Translations under genes and position numbers: made by a program
Part shown: one piece after another, positions 1 to 11,627 of the stretch
Position numbering within the stretch: position 1 is the first letter of the stretch
Layout: each line of letters opens with the position of its first letter
Notes under the pieces: model-generated
Seen by the model: the letters and a program-made list of their open reading frames with translations, nothing else
The model's database searches: none
Told to the model about the DNA's origin: nothing
Assembly (NCBI RefSeq): GCF_048593235.1
Contig: NC_133617.1
Location: 528,034,958-528,098,957 of the forward strand
Length of the DNA: 64,000 nucleotides
Direction: 5' to 3'
Source: Sminthopsis crassicaudata
Taxonomy: Eukaryota

Positions 1-2545
1 TGTATATATAAAAATATATAATGTTAACCTGTCCATTGCTTATTCATTAGAACAATAAGTCAAAACACCATCACCAAAAAAATTCTTACTAAAAAATATG
101 TAATTCAGCAAAACAATGTGCTTATTGCACAGTCAACTCTTCATAATTTTTTGTTGAATGATTAAAATTCTAAAACTAGGAAGAGAACAGATTAGAAAGA
201 GCAATGTAGAATCTCTGTAACAGTGATAGTGGCGAGGAAAACCAATGGCAATAGAGTTACATCAAATTTACTTCAATAAAACTTAATCAAGGGGGCAAGT
301 GTTGACTTAAAAGAGAAAGGAGATTTTTAAAAATCTAAAATTTCTCCAATACTAGAGAAACAATTGGAAGAAAACTGAAATCTAATTCTCATAATTTTGA
401 ATGTGAATGTACTAAACAATAAAAAAAATGACAGAATGAGTAAGAAAACAAAACCTCACAATCTGCTGTTTATACCAAACACATCTGAAAAGCAAAGACA
501 TAAAATTGAAATGAGAAGCTGGAACAGAATTTATTATTCATCTAGTGAATTAAAAAAGCAGAAACTGCAATCATGTTGTTTCATAAAATAAAAATTCACA
601 AAACAAGAGAAATAAATAAGGAATTTATTTAAATAATACTTAAAGGAAACAGACAATGAATCAATATCAATTTTAAAAAGCATGAACTAAGTGTCATGAC
701 AAATATAACTCCATGAGGGAAAAATGGAATAAAATGCAGAAGGACATCATTAGTAACATAATATTAGTTGAATTTATTGCTCATCTCTCAATAGCTATAA
801 AAATATAATAAAGACAAAAAAAGACAAATATCAAACCAAACAGTTAAAATAATTTAGAATCAAAAGATTTATGATATCTTCTGAATGAAAATAATTAAGA
901 ACATACATACTCTCAGCACCATATAAAATCTTTAAAATAGATCAATGTATTTTAATATGCAGAATAATTGTTAATAAATGCATCCTTTATAGATCACAGT
1001 GCAAGGAAAATAGAAATCAATACAAAGAGCACAAGTAAATGACACAGAATAGGATTTCAATAATGAAATCATAAAAACTTGTGAGTCAAACAACAAATCC
1101 TAAAAAGTGAACAACTTTGTGAAAGACAATGATAATGATTTCTGGAATTCAGCTAACACAATAGAATAAAAATTAATGAATTGAATATATAATTAAAAAA
1201 TTAAAAAGCTACAAGTAGACAAACTCAAATAAGTACAGCTAAGGAAACCATGGAAATCTAAGAAGAAATAAATTGGAATAATAATTGGAAACCCAAAAAA
1301 CCCTTATAGAACTGATGAAAGGAAAAGCTGGTTTTCCACCTAAAAGACTAAAACAATTGAAAATTTTTTAACCAGGCTGATTAAAAAAGAGAAAAACAAG
1401 TAAAAAAAATAAATATAAACAAGATGAAATTATAACAGAGAAGAAAAAAAAATAGCTACAGTTATAGGCCAATAGCAAATATCATTTAAAAGAATCATAG
1501 AATGATCTATAAGATATACAATACCTGACTATGGATCATATAGAATTCTTAATTAATACATTCAAAACATTTCAAAGAGATATTAGTTAGAGATTCATAT
1601 AAGACCAAAACCTACTTCCTAATAGAGGTTTTCAAAGGATATAAACAAACATTTCTCAAAAGAATTGTAAAATATTGACAGTTATATGAAAGAAGGCTCC
1701 AAATCACCTTTCATATAAGTGCAAATAAAAACTTGAGGTTTTATTGAACACTCATTAAATTGGGAAAGATGACCAAAAATGGGAAAAATTAATTTTGGAG
1801 AGATTGTGAAAACATAAGTATTTTAAAACAATGTCAGTGGAATTATAAATTGGTCCAACTATTCTGGAAGTAAGTTGAAATTTGAAGGAAAAATTGAAAT
1901 ATACATGTTCCTTTGACCCAGAATGTGCTAACCACATACCCTAAGGAGGTAAATGGCAAAAAGAAAATCCCAATGTATACCAAAATATTTAGAATACCAC
2001 TTTTCATAGTAGCAAAAGGGTAGAAATAAAAAAAAAAATATATTTCTTCATTGAGGAATGGCTAGACAAATTTATGTGATAGTATTTTATAGTACTATAG
2101 TAAATGACAAATATGATGAATATAGAGAAGCATAGAAAGACTTATATGAACTGATGTAATGTGAAGTAAGCAGAACCAGAAAGACAATATGCACAATGAA
2201 TAAAACAATGTAAATACAATGATAAACAACAACAAAACAACCAAAACCAAATGTTGCACAATTGTGGGGGCAAAAAAGTTTGATTCCAAAGAAGATATAT
2301 GAGAAGGTACCTTCCCTCACTTTTTAGCAGAGATGGGGGACCATTGGGGGTGGAACACTGCATATAATGTCAGACATTTGGACATGGTTGTTAACGTTGT
2401 TGAATTTTCCTCTTCTTTTTTATTTTTTTTATAAAAAGTGATGACTTTTTGGGAGGGAGAAGAAAGAAGGTTATATTCAGAAATATAGGTGCCATAAAGA
2501 CAAAAGCTATCAATAAATTTACTTTTTAAATATTAATAAAACCAT
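1..2545 (+). mobile_element. Old, internally deleted L1 (ORF2 remnants and 3' UTR)
   Basis: 1320-1400 (ggaaaagctggttttcc...accaggctgattaaaaaagagaaa) matches the L1 ORF2 SKSWFFEK..LARLIKKKRE region. 1640-2200 matches the ORF2 C-terminus and marsupial L1 3' end (gaagcatagaaagacttatatgaactgatg...gtgaagtaagcagaaccag). A-rich terminus near 2540. Most of the RT region is missing. Confidence 0.8.
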
Positions 2546-2714
2546 TCTTGAGATTTAATTGTTGTGGAAGATTAAGGTTATTCCATTTATGAAGATTCCA
2601 GGTACTGTGTGAAGTACCTGCGTACTAATACATGAAACAGGAGGAGTCAGCTCACTACTCGGGATGACATAAACTAATTAGCATGTCTCCATGACAAAAG
2701 CAGAGAAAGGAAAA

Positions 2715-2895
2715 CTGTTGTTTTTGTCCTTTCTTAAAGACCATGACATCAATGAGGTGATGTCATGGCATGCACATGAATTGGATTTAAATGATGAAGG
2801 GCTAGGCAAGCTCACCTGCCTCACTTTCTCCTCCAGAGCCATTGGTTCTTGTCTCCAGATATTGATCAGGATGAATAGAGGTGGCCTTATGATAG
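2715..2895 (+). mobile_element. Marsupial interspersed repeat (MdoRep1/WALLSI-like)
   Basis: ccatgacatcaatgaggtgatgtcatg...tgaattggatttaaatga...cctcactttctcctccagagccat. Related copies at 43895-44030 and 55010-55140. Confidence 0.55.
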
Positions 2896-3439
2896 ACCTA
2901 AGCAGCTGAATCAATGTTGTATCCATGATGAATACTATTAAGTAAACTTCTTTGTTGGATGATAGACGAGTGTCTTATTTTGTTCCAGTCCTAAACCTGA
3001 ATGACCAGATGGCTTCAGTCAGAACTGACCAAAAACAATCTTACTTTGTCTGGGATGATTCTTTTGAAAGATCACAAGTACTTATATTATGAATTAAGGA
3101 ATTGAGAAGAAGTAGGTATGAAACTGGTGGTGTCATAATTCCTGTTATCACTAGGCATAGTAACTGGTATGGTCAGCACCAAAACTGGGGACAGCAATAG
3201 AACTGGTTATATTTGATCATGTTTTGCTTCCATTGCAGTAGCATACTGGGCATTAGTCAGAAACTTAAAAGATGAGGCAGGGCTATTCCTAAGTGCCAGT
3301 AGATTTAATTAGGCTGGACAGATTTTTTTTTTTTTTTTTTTAGTGGTTTTAAATTGGACAGATTTTTTTTTTTTTTTGGGGGGGAGTGATTTCACTTGGG
3401 TATTTTCCATCATGATATTCTTTTTCTTTTCCATTTCCC

Positions 3440-3620
3440 TTTTATGTTAGAAAGTGAGCTCCCTGAGGGTAGGGAATGTCTTTCTACTTGTATTTGCATT
3501 CCCAGAGCTTAACACAATGCTTGGTACATAGTAATCACTTAAGTATCATTGATTCTTGATTTGATAAATCAATTAGTCAACTTTATTAAGTGCCTACTAG
3601 TATCTGACCATGCTAGATGA
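3440..3620. mobile_element. Two L2 3' termini in tail-to-tail orientation
   Basis: Plus-strand L2 end (gtgagctccctgagggtaggga...cttggtacatagtaatcacttaa) followed by a minus-strand L2 end (ttattaagtgcctactag). Confidence 0.6.
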
Positions 3621-3859
3621 ATGTGAGAATACTGTGAGAATAGAAGTTTAAAGAAAAGTAGAAGTGATGTGACTCAGACCCCAGGACCTGAATGGGGTTC
3701 TACTTCCAGGTTCCAGAAAAATAATCAGGGTAGAAAAATCAGATTAAAGCAGAAGCTATAGTTCAGTCACACTAAATTAGCAGTTTTCCAACTAGCTGAT
3801 AGTAGCTAAGTCCAGAAAAAGTCTACTAAAATTCCAAAGGAGGTAAACTGATAGGTTTG

Positions 3860-5560
3860 TTATTCAGACCCAAATCCTAGTCAGGAACTTGCAGGGCTCA
3901 ACCAAGGGCCAGTAATCTAATCTTGCCCTGGATCAGATCATTTTGGAAGCACCAAAATTTTTCAAGTGACCATCTTGAGATCCTAAAATAACAATACTCC
4001 AAAAAACAAAACAATAGCAGCAACAACAATAAAACAACACAAGAGCAGGGCCAGAACAGATAATTTCTGCAGAAGTACAAAGAGACTGGCTGTAATATAA
4101 TGCAAGCTGGAAGAATGAGTGGGAAAAATAAAAGAATCTCACCATAAAAATCTATCATGCTAACAGGAATGCTCGACATGCCCAGAAGAAAAGAATGACT
4201 TCACAATATCTACAAGCAAAACCTCAAGGAAAAACACAACTTGCACACAAATGTATCTAGAATTGCTGGAAGAGATGAATCAAGAATTATAAAATACTTT
4301 TATAAATGAAATTAGTGTATGAGAGGGAAAAACAGAAAATAAATGAGGGAAGAAAAAAGTGAAAAGAAAATTAGCTGCTTGGAACTAAAAGTACAAACCC
4401 TGGTCCAAGAAGCAAAGTCCCTACAATTAAAATAGACCAATTTGAAGTGAAACCTGAAACAACAAAAAATATGAAAAATATGAAAGTCAAAAAATGTGAA
4501 CCAGTTCATAGGAAAAAATAACTGACTTATAAAACATATTGGGGGAAATATTTTTTAAAATCTCTGAAAGTACTGACCCCCTCATCTCCAAAAGAGCCCA
4601 GATGTTTCCTTTCAATAAATCTTAAAACTACTTTGATTGCTTATAACTAGAGGGTAAAGTAAAAATGGGAAAAAATCTACAGGTCATCTTCTAAAAGAAA
4701 CTCTATCAGGACATAAAAGTTGAAGTCCAGAGATTTCAGGTGAAAGAAAATATACTTCAAACAGTCAGAAAAAAAAAAAAAATTCAAACACTGAGAAGCT
4801 ATAGTCAAGTCCACATTATTTAGCAGCCACCATTATAAAGGAATGGACAACTTGAAAAATGATATTCCAGAAGGTAAAGGTATAAGCTTACAGACCAGAA
4901 TAACTTACCAAGCAAAACTAAGTAAGGCTACAGTGAGTGGTGGCAGGCATGAGGGTGGGAGAGTGAGAAATAAACCAATGAAATAGAGGACTTCCAAGTA
5001 TACATGATAAAAAGATCAGAACTGACGTGAAAACACAGAAGTCATCAGAATGAAGGGAAGGTGCTATATTAAGTACTTACTATATACCAGATATTGCTAG
5101 ATGCTTTACAGATCTCTTATTTGATCTCCTAACAACCCTATGAGGTGAGTCCTATTATTATCAACATTTTACAATGGAGGAAACTGAAACAGTCATTTAC
5201 CCAAAGCTGCAGAATTAGAAAGTGTTTGGTACTTTATTTGAATTCAACTCTTTTAACTCCAAGCTCACTGTTCTAGCCACTATACTACTTAGCATGTGTG
5301 AACAATCATTGGGAATTAAACAAGGATAAACTGCATGTATATCTCTGAACCCTATCATTATCAATGGTCATAGAGGTAGCCTAATTAGACTGTACTGTTA
5401 TTGTTTAGACTCAAAGGGTAAAGTAAAAATGGGAAAAATAATCTACAGGTCACTTTCTAAAAGAAATGAACTTAATAAGCTTAAAAGAAAAATGGAAAGG
5501 GAAGGAAAGTAGAATGAACTAAAGGGGAAAGGGAAAGATTGGGGAATTATAAGAATAGGT
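3860..5560 (+). mobile_element. L1 5' UTR and ORF1 remnant, interrupted by a MIR
   Basis: Marsupial L1 5' UTR motif (ggatcagatcattttggaagcac). ORF1 remnants: ataggaaaaaataactgactta ~IGKTTDL, tattccagaagg..agaataacttaccaagcaaaact ~IFQK..RITYPAKL, aatagaggacttccaag ~IEDFQ. Confidence 0.75.
5060..5290 (-). mobile_element. MIR SINE
   Basis: CORE motif cattttacaatggaggaaactga with upstream aacaaccctatgagg. Confidence 0.75.
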
Positions 5561-5954
5561 GAATTTTTACTGTTTAAAACAATTAAATGAAAAAGAAAAG
5601 AAAACTGACTTTGCTCTACAGGGGTAGGATCAAAAGTGTTGCCATAGGACACCAGCAATAGGGGGAAGGGAATAAAGATGCACCCGTTTCTCCCCAGTTG
5701 TCTCACTGCTAGTTAGTGTACTGAGGCAGAAATAAAAAAATATGTCCACATCAGGGAGATTACTTCTTGGGAAACCTAAATAATGTGGTAGCATTTTCCC
5801 TCAATTTTAGAGCATCACACTAGTTTCATTCTTATTTTGTGAATAATTTATAATATCTAAAGTAACAAAAATTGCTTAGATCCGCTAAATCTTAGCAACT
5901 TGTAATAATATCCTATCTTTTGAGCAGGGAACAAGATGTGTGATGTTATTGGTA

Positions 5955-6335
5955 GTAGTGGTTGCTGTTTATTCATTTCAATCATGAAGTCCATTTGGGG
6001 TTTTCTAGGCAAAGATACTGGACTGGTTTGTTATTTCCTTTTCCATTTTACAGATGAGGAAACTGAGGCAAAGTTAAATGATTTGTTCAAGATCACACAG
6101 CTAGGGGCAGTTAGGTGGTACTGTGGGTAGAGCACCAGCCCTAATGTCAGGAAGACCTGAGTTCTCAGACACTTAACACTTCCTAGCTGTGTGACCCTGG
6201 ACAAGTCTCTTAACCCCAATTGCCTCAGGAAAAAAAATCACACAACTAGTAAGTGTCTGAAGACAAATTTGAACTCAGGAAGATGAATCTGTTTTGACTC
6301 CAAGCCCAGTGCTCTATCCATTGTACCTACCTCCA
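5955..6335 (-). mobile_element. MAR1 SINE split by WSINE1
   Basis: ggggttttctaggcaaagatactgga...ttttacagatgaggaaactgaggc; resumes as gtaagtgtctgaagacaaatttgaactcagg after the insert. Confidence 0.85.
6104..6236 (+). mobile_element. WSINE1 SINE with TSD
   Basis: ggggcagttaggtgg...cacttaacacttcctagctgtgtgaccctgg...aattgcctcaggaaaaaaaa. TSD ATCACACA(G/A)CTA at 6092-6103 and 6237-6248. Confidence 0.9.
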
Positions 6336-6354
6336 GCTATTCTGTTATTGGAAT

Positions 6355-6525
6355 AAGGAATTCCTAGTAAAGAAACCACCCTCTCCTAATTCATAGTGTC
6401 ATTTTCTCTACAATTTTAGTGTTAGAGAATTACCAAGAGTACTGAGAAGCTAAGTCACCTGTTGAGGGATACAAACCCTCAGAATTAGAACTTGCTTGGA
6501 CTCACAACTTCCTGATTCCAAGGCT
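6355..6525 (-). mobile_element. Marsupial MIR3-type CORE-SINE
   Basis: ttcctagtaaagaaacc...ttagagaattaccaagagtactgagaagctaagtcacctg. Related copies at about 30080-30320, 44600-44700, 45200-45310 and 49000-49310. Confidence 0.55.
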
Positions 6526-7799
6526 CTATCTCTATCTACTCACTGCTTTTCAACATATCTTATTCCTCCCTAAATTCACAAACAATGCCTTCAATTGGCT
6601 ATTACCCAATGCTCTTAATTATTATATTCTTGCCTGCATACACATATCCTCATGATAGTGGGGGCAATGTAGTTCACCTACACAGACTCAATTATTTTAC
6701 TCCAGATTTAACTACATTATTTGTTATTTCTAGTATCCCTTAATGAATACATTTTGAAATAGTGAAATATATATTTGCGTTTTCTTAGAATAGAAAAGAA
6801 CTTAAAAGCATAAGGATGATTTTGAGGTGACTCTGATCTAGGGAGATTGGCAGTAGATTTTAATGCAGAGATCCTTTATAGTATGATCAGATCTTTTCTA
6901 AATAATTGTATTTTTGGTAACATAACATAATTATAATAATATATATTATAATGGTAATTGTAATTATTTTAATGGTACTGTGGACCCAGTAACTTGAAAG
7001 ACAAAAAGGCCAAAGAAATATGAAGAAATATAAATATACAATTGCAGAAAAAAGAGAAATATACTGTTAAGAAGGCAAAGGAAATCCAGACTATTTCTCA
7101 CTGACAGCTATTGTCATGATGATCCAACTTGGCAGCTGCTAATTGGCTCAAAGAGCAATTAGGTGAGACTTTCTGCTTTTCACAGTCCAAGGGGTATAGG
7201 CTATCTAGCTTAGTTATCTTTGAGCTCTTGGAGTTTTCTTTCTCCACCCTTCATTCCTTAGATGTGACACTCAGGAGGGCAGATATTATTGGGGTCATTC
7301 TGGGTCTTTAGAGTAGCTGTTGGAGAAATCCATTAATATCATATGGTTCTTTTAGCAGCTGTATTCACAGCTGTACAACTACATTCCTGGGGGAAAAAAA
7401 AGACTTACTGATCCATAAAATGCAATTTTAGTTCTTGGCTTATCAAATGAGCAACTATGTTTCAGACACCCTGGGGTTCTATTCTACTTTGGGCTGCTAA
7501 TCCCTGATTTTCTGTACCCTGCCCACTACATTTTCCCACTTTTTTTCTTTTCATTTTCTCTAGTATATTTCAAACTATTCAAAGTCTTAGTTTTAAACAA
7601 AACTGACAATCTTAATTCCCACACCCTAAATCTTTTATTTGACTCTTGAGGATACAGTAATACAATAGCATCTATTTGTAAGCTTTTGAAGCAAATGTTA
7701 CAAATCAGTTTATTGTCTTCTCATGCTTTCTCTACTATCTACATTCATTGTTTTTTATTTCTGTATTGGATTTTTTTGGGGGGATGGCCATCCCTTACT

Positions 7800-8305
7800 C
7801 AGCTTGAGCTACCATTTTGTTTCATTATGGCATGCTTGCATAGGTTCTGGATGATGGATGAGCTTTTCCAGACACCAATGAAGTGAAGTAAGGCTATGTG
7901 TTTGCTCCCATGCTTTTTAGCATGACATTTTCAGCAATGTTGTCAGATGTCTTCACTGAGGACAAATATAATGTTAAGGTCATCTACTGCATTGGTGATA
8001 AATTATTTAACTTTAAAAGCCTACAAGCCAAGACTAAAATGGAGGGAGAGTTGGTACATGATTTTTGTTTGTTTGTTTGTTTGTTTGTTTGCAGATGATA
8101 GTGGATTCATTGAAGTTTCTGATGTTGAGATACAACAAAGTATGCACTTATTCTCAGCTGCTGGTGCTAATTTTGGCTTAGTAATTAACACCAAGAAAAC
8201 ATAATTCTGTACCAGCCAGTACTACACCATCCACATGTAGAACTATTGGTTATAGCAAATAGAGAACTGTTGAGTTTTGTGGATGAATTTGCTTACCTTA
8301 GCACT
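7800..8305 (+). mobile_element. RTE-clade LINE, reverse transcriptase fragment (RTE-1 type)
   Basis: ORF-track peptides FAPMLFSMTFSAMLSDVF..KLFNFKSLQAKTKMEGELVHDF and LFADDSG..EIQQSMHLFSAAGANFGLVINTKKT match the RTE RT catalytic region. Frameshifted by a (TTTG)n tract. Confidence 0.9.
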
Positions 8306-8480
8306 TCATCTTCCAATCTGATCTTAGATACTTCTTAGCTATGTCACCATATTTGCCTCAGTTTTCTCATCTGTGAAATAGACTAAAGAAGGAAATGATA
8401 AATCATCAACCATAATATTGATGCCCAGAAAATTCCACCTGGGTTCATAAAGAGCCAGACATGACTGAAATAATCTGCCA
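8306..8480 (+). mobile_element. MAR1 SINE (3' part)
   Basis: tttgcctcagttttctcatctg...gaaggaaatgataaatc...gagccagacatgactgaaa. Confidence 0.75.
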
Positions 8481-9329
8481 ACAATTCATTCTGTCAAATA
8501 ATCCACTGAAATCCAAAGAACAAATTCAGCAATCATTCTGGATGGGTGAGACAGTATATTAACTCATAGTGTTATCTTTATGCTAGCTTTTGCTTTGGGA
8601 CCCCAGCTAACTTAAACCCAATGTGTGGAGAGGTATGTAGCTATCAGAATGATGCTAAACTGTGTAGAGACATAACCAGCACAGGGCCACTAGGACTAAG
8701 TACCAGGTAGAAGTATGAGAAAGGGGAAGTGCTTTTTCCTGTTCTCCTACCCTCACAGAGCAACTGACATTCTACTGACCCCACTTCCTATATGCTTCCC
8801 TTTTTTTTAAACTACTAGAAGGGAAAGGGAGTAGAATCAGTCCCTGTCCCATAAGTGCAGAGGAGAATCTTTTGCATCTCCATTGTATCTAACTGTCAAC
8901 ATAAATATTCTGACCAAAGATAAATATGTTTTGTGGGACCTTGGGAGTCCAGAATAACAAAAGGCTTCAATAATATATATATCCCTAAATGGTAAAATTC
9001 AGATGACCTCTGTCCTCAAATCAGTCAAACTCCTGAAAGCCTCAGGCAAAGGCAATGAGGAAATCCCTGTTGCCTCCTCTGATAGTCTCCCAGGGATTCT
9101 GATAGCTCTCTGCCTGGAGTACAGAAACTATTCCATTTGGATTTCATTTAGGCCCAAATCCTATATGCTTGTTCTTCAGCCTTTTGATCTTTATTCTCCA
9201 TGCCAAAAAAAAAAATTATGTAGCACAGTTTTCATTTAGAGAAACAGAAGAAACCAAACTTGAAAAAAAAAATAGGTTATCCATCCAAAGAGATAGACTG
9301 CCCTGGATCTGTACTGTGTCGGATTGTCA

Positions 9330-9660
9330 GATATTAAAGGTAACAAAAAATTGAAAAGAAATATAATGCAAAATTAGAAGCAACAAAATTGGCCCCAAAG
9401 AAGAATTATGAGAAAACATCATTCCCGAGTATCTTGATTAGTAATGCTGATTTATTTTTCTTTAAAAAAGTTAAAGAACATTTTTATACAATAAAGATTT
9501 TAACATATACTTATGCATAAATATATACAAATATGTTTTATATTTATAAAAGTTACATATTTTTATAGAATAAAGTTTATAAGTGATGGCTTGCTGTGAA
9601 GTAGGAAGGGGAAAACTTGGTGATGTAAAAAATAGAAAATATCAATAAAACATATTACAA
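9330..9660 (+). mobile_element. Old L1 3' UTR fragment
   Basis: ttggccccaaagaagaattatgagaaaac...gtgatgtaaaaaatagaaaatatcaataaa, typical of old marsupial L1 3' ends. Confidence 0.55.
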
Positions 9661-10029
9661 TATTGAGGGTAAGGAAGGTTTAAGGATTATTAATTATGTG
9701 GGTGACTGCTGAGTTTGAGGGACAGACAGGATCCAGTGTGTTAGGAGCGGAAACTTTCCAGTCAGCACCTGCAGCCAGTTATTCCAACACAGGAAAGGAG
9801 CCCCAGTGGCTCATGGGAGGAGAGGAACTGGAGAGACCCTTTATAAATCATCCTCTTGCCTTCAACACTAGGGAGCGAACAGTTCATCAGCAGCCCTGCC
9901 ATTACTTATTGCAGGCTAGCTGAGATCTCATATTCTGGCATCAGGAATGTCCCAAGTGGAGGAGGCAAAGCAGGATGCCTGGCCTGAGCCTGGCATAATA
10001 ATAGTAGTGGAAGTAATCATAATGATAAT

Positions 10030-10262
10030 AATAATGGCTAGCATTTAATAAAATAGTACCATTCAGTTAGCAGTTTAAAGATATTTACAGATATTATCTC
10101 CTTTTATCATCACAATAATGAGAGGTAGGGCTATTATTTCTCCTACTTTACAGATGAGGAAATGCAATCTGAAAGGAGTTAAAGATATTTGGAGGGGTCA
10201 GACACCTAGTCAATGGATTTGAATTCAGGGCTTCCTGACTCCAGCACTCTATCCACTGCAGA
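10030..10262 (-). mobile_element. MIR SINE
   Basis: ctttacagatgaggaaa...gaattcagggcttcctgactccagcactctatccactg. Confidence 0.75.
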
Positions 10263-10569
10263 CTCAAGCCCATTTATACAACTAGTTAATTAGTCATATT
10301 TGTTAAGTTTTTATAATGAGTCAGAAACTATTCTAACCAGTGGGGATTAAAAAAAAAAAAAAGACAAAAGACAATCTCTTCTCTTGAGAGCTAACAATCA
10401 AATAGGGAAGACAATTTGCAAACATCTAAATACAAATGAGATTTTTAAAAATATAGGACAAATTAGAGACAACCAACAAATAAGAGACATTGGCATTAAG
10501 GGCACTGGGAAAGACTTCTTGTAGAATGTGAAATTTTAAGGTATTTGAAGGAGTCAGAGAATTGGGGAA

Positions 10570-10860
10570 ATGAGAGACAAAAAAGAAAGAGAGAAAGACA
10601 TGCAGAAAAACAGAGATGGGGGAAGGAGAGAAAAAGAGACAGAGACAGACAGACCACAGAGATAGATCATAGAGACATAAGAGAAACAGAGACAGATAGA
10701 GAGAGACAGAAACACACAGAGAGAGACAGAACAAAGAGACACAGAGAAACAGACTGCAGAAACATAGAGAATGTGATAGAATACAGAAAAACAGAGACAG
10801 AGACAGACCATCATAGAGACAGAAACAAGAGAGAGAAGAGAGAAGAGAGAGAACTTCAAA
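10570..10860 (+). repeat. GA-rich low-complexity tract (GAGACA-like units) next to an L2 fragment
   Basis: Repeated gagacagaga/cagagaaac units. These account for the ORFs at 10426-10883. Confidence 0.85.
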
Positions 10861-11627
10861 ACAAAACAAAAAAGCAAAATTGAAAACTCAGAACAAATGA
10901 GCTCATATCTAACATGCCATTCCCCATTCAGAGAAAAAATAGAACTCCACTCTCAAAATTTCACTAGGCTGCCCTTTTATGATTTCTGATATTTTCATAT
11001 TCATAATAAACCTAATTCCCTCTTGAAAAAAATTGAACAGGAACATGTGTTTCTATGGGATTTACTTAAGGTTATATACTCCATGTACATATGAATGACC
11101 TATTATGTTTATAGCAGGATGTATTGAGTGAGATCCACCCTTGTTCCTCAAAAGTAGAATTCTATGGTATCTTTCTATCACAGGAAAGCTCCCAGCAGAC
11201 TAAACCTCTCATCCAGTATCTGAAAGAACAGTTCCTGTAAATAAACTGGCAATAAACGTGAGGATTTTGTCTCTTGTTCACCCCCATCAATCAATAACTT
11301 GTATTGAACAGGGACGGAATCCTGAACACTGGCCTAAGCATTGTAGATCATACTAAAAAAGCATGAGATTTGGTCTTTGCCCTAAAGATACTTTACAATC
11401 TTGTTAGTGACAGAACTTGCACTTAGGGAAATGACTTAGGAACACTTTCAAAGCAACATGTCATCAAGAAGTAGTCTACCTATCAATAATCATACTGTGC
11501 ACTGGAAAATGTTCCGGATAAGAAACAGACTACATCCTAGTCCCAGATGTTTTGCCAATGAGGGATGTATGACCTTGGACCTTTCTGAACGTTGGTTTCT
11601 GCATCTTAATAATGAAGATATGCCTTC

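Noticed and set aside
7108-7162. Plus-strand exon-like segment (cag| ... TAG|GTGAGA)
   Set aside because: Stops in all frames; no independent evidence.
10426-10883. ORFs of 107-147 aa on both strands
   Set aside because: They are translations of a GA-rich low-complexity tract (R/E/D/T-rich or L/S/C/F-rich).
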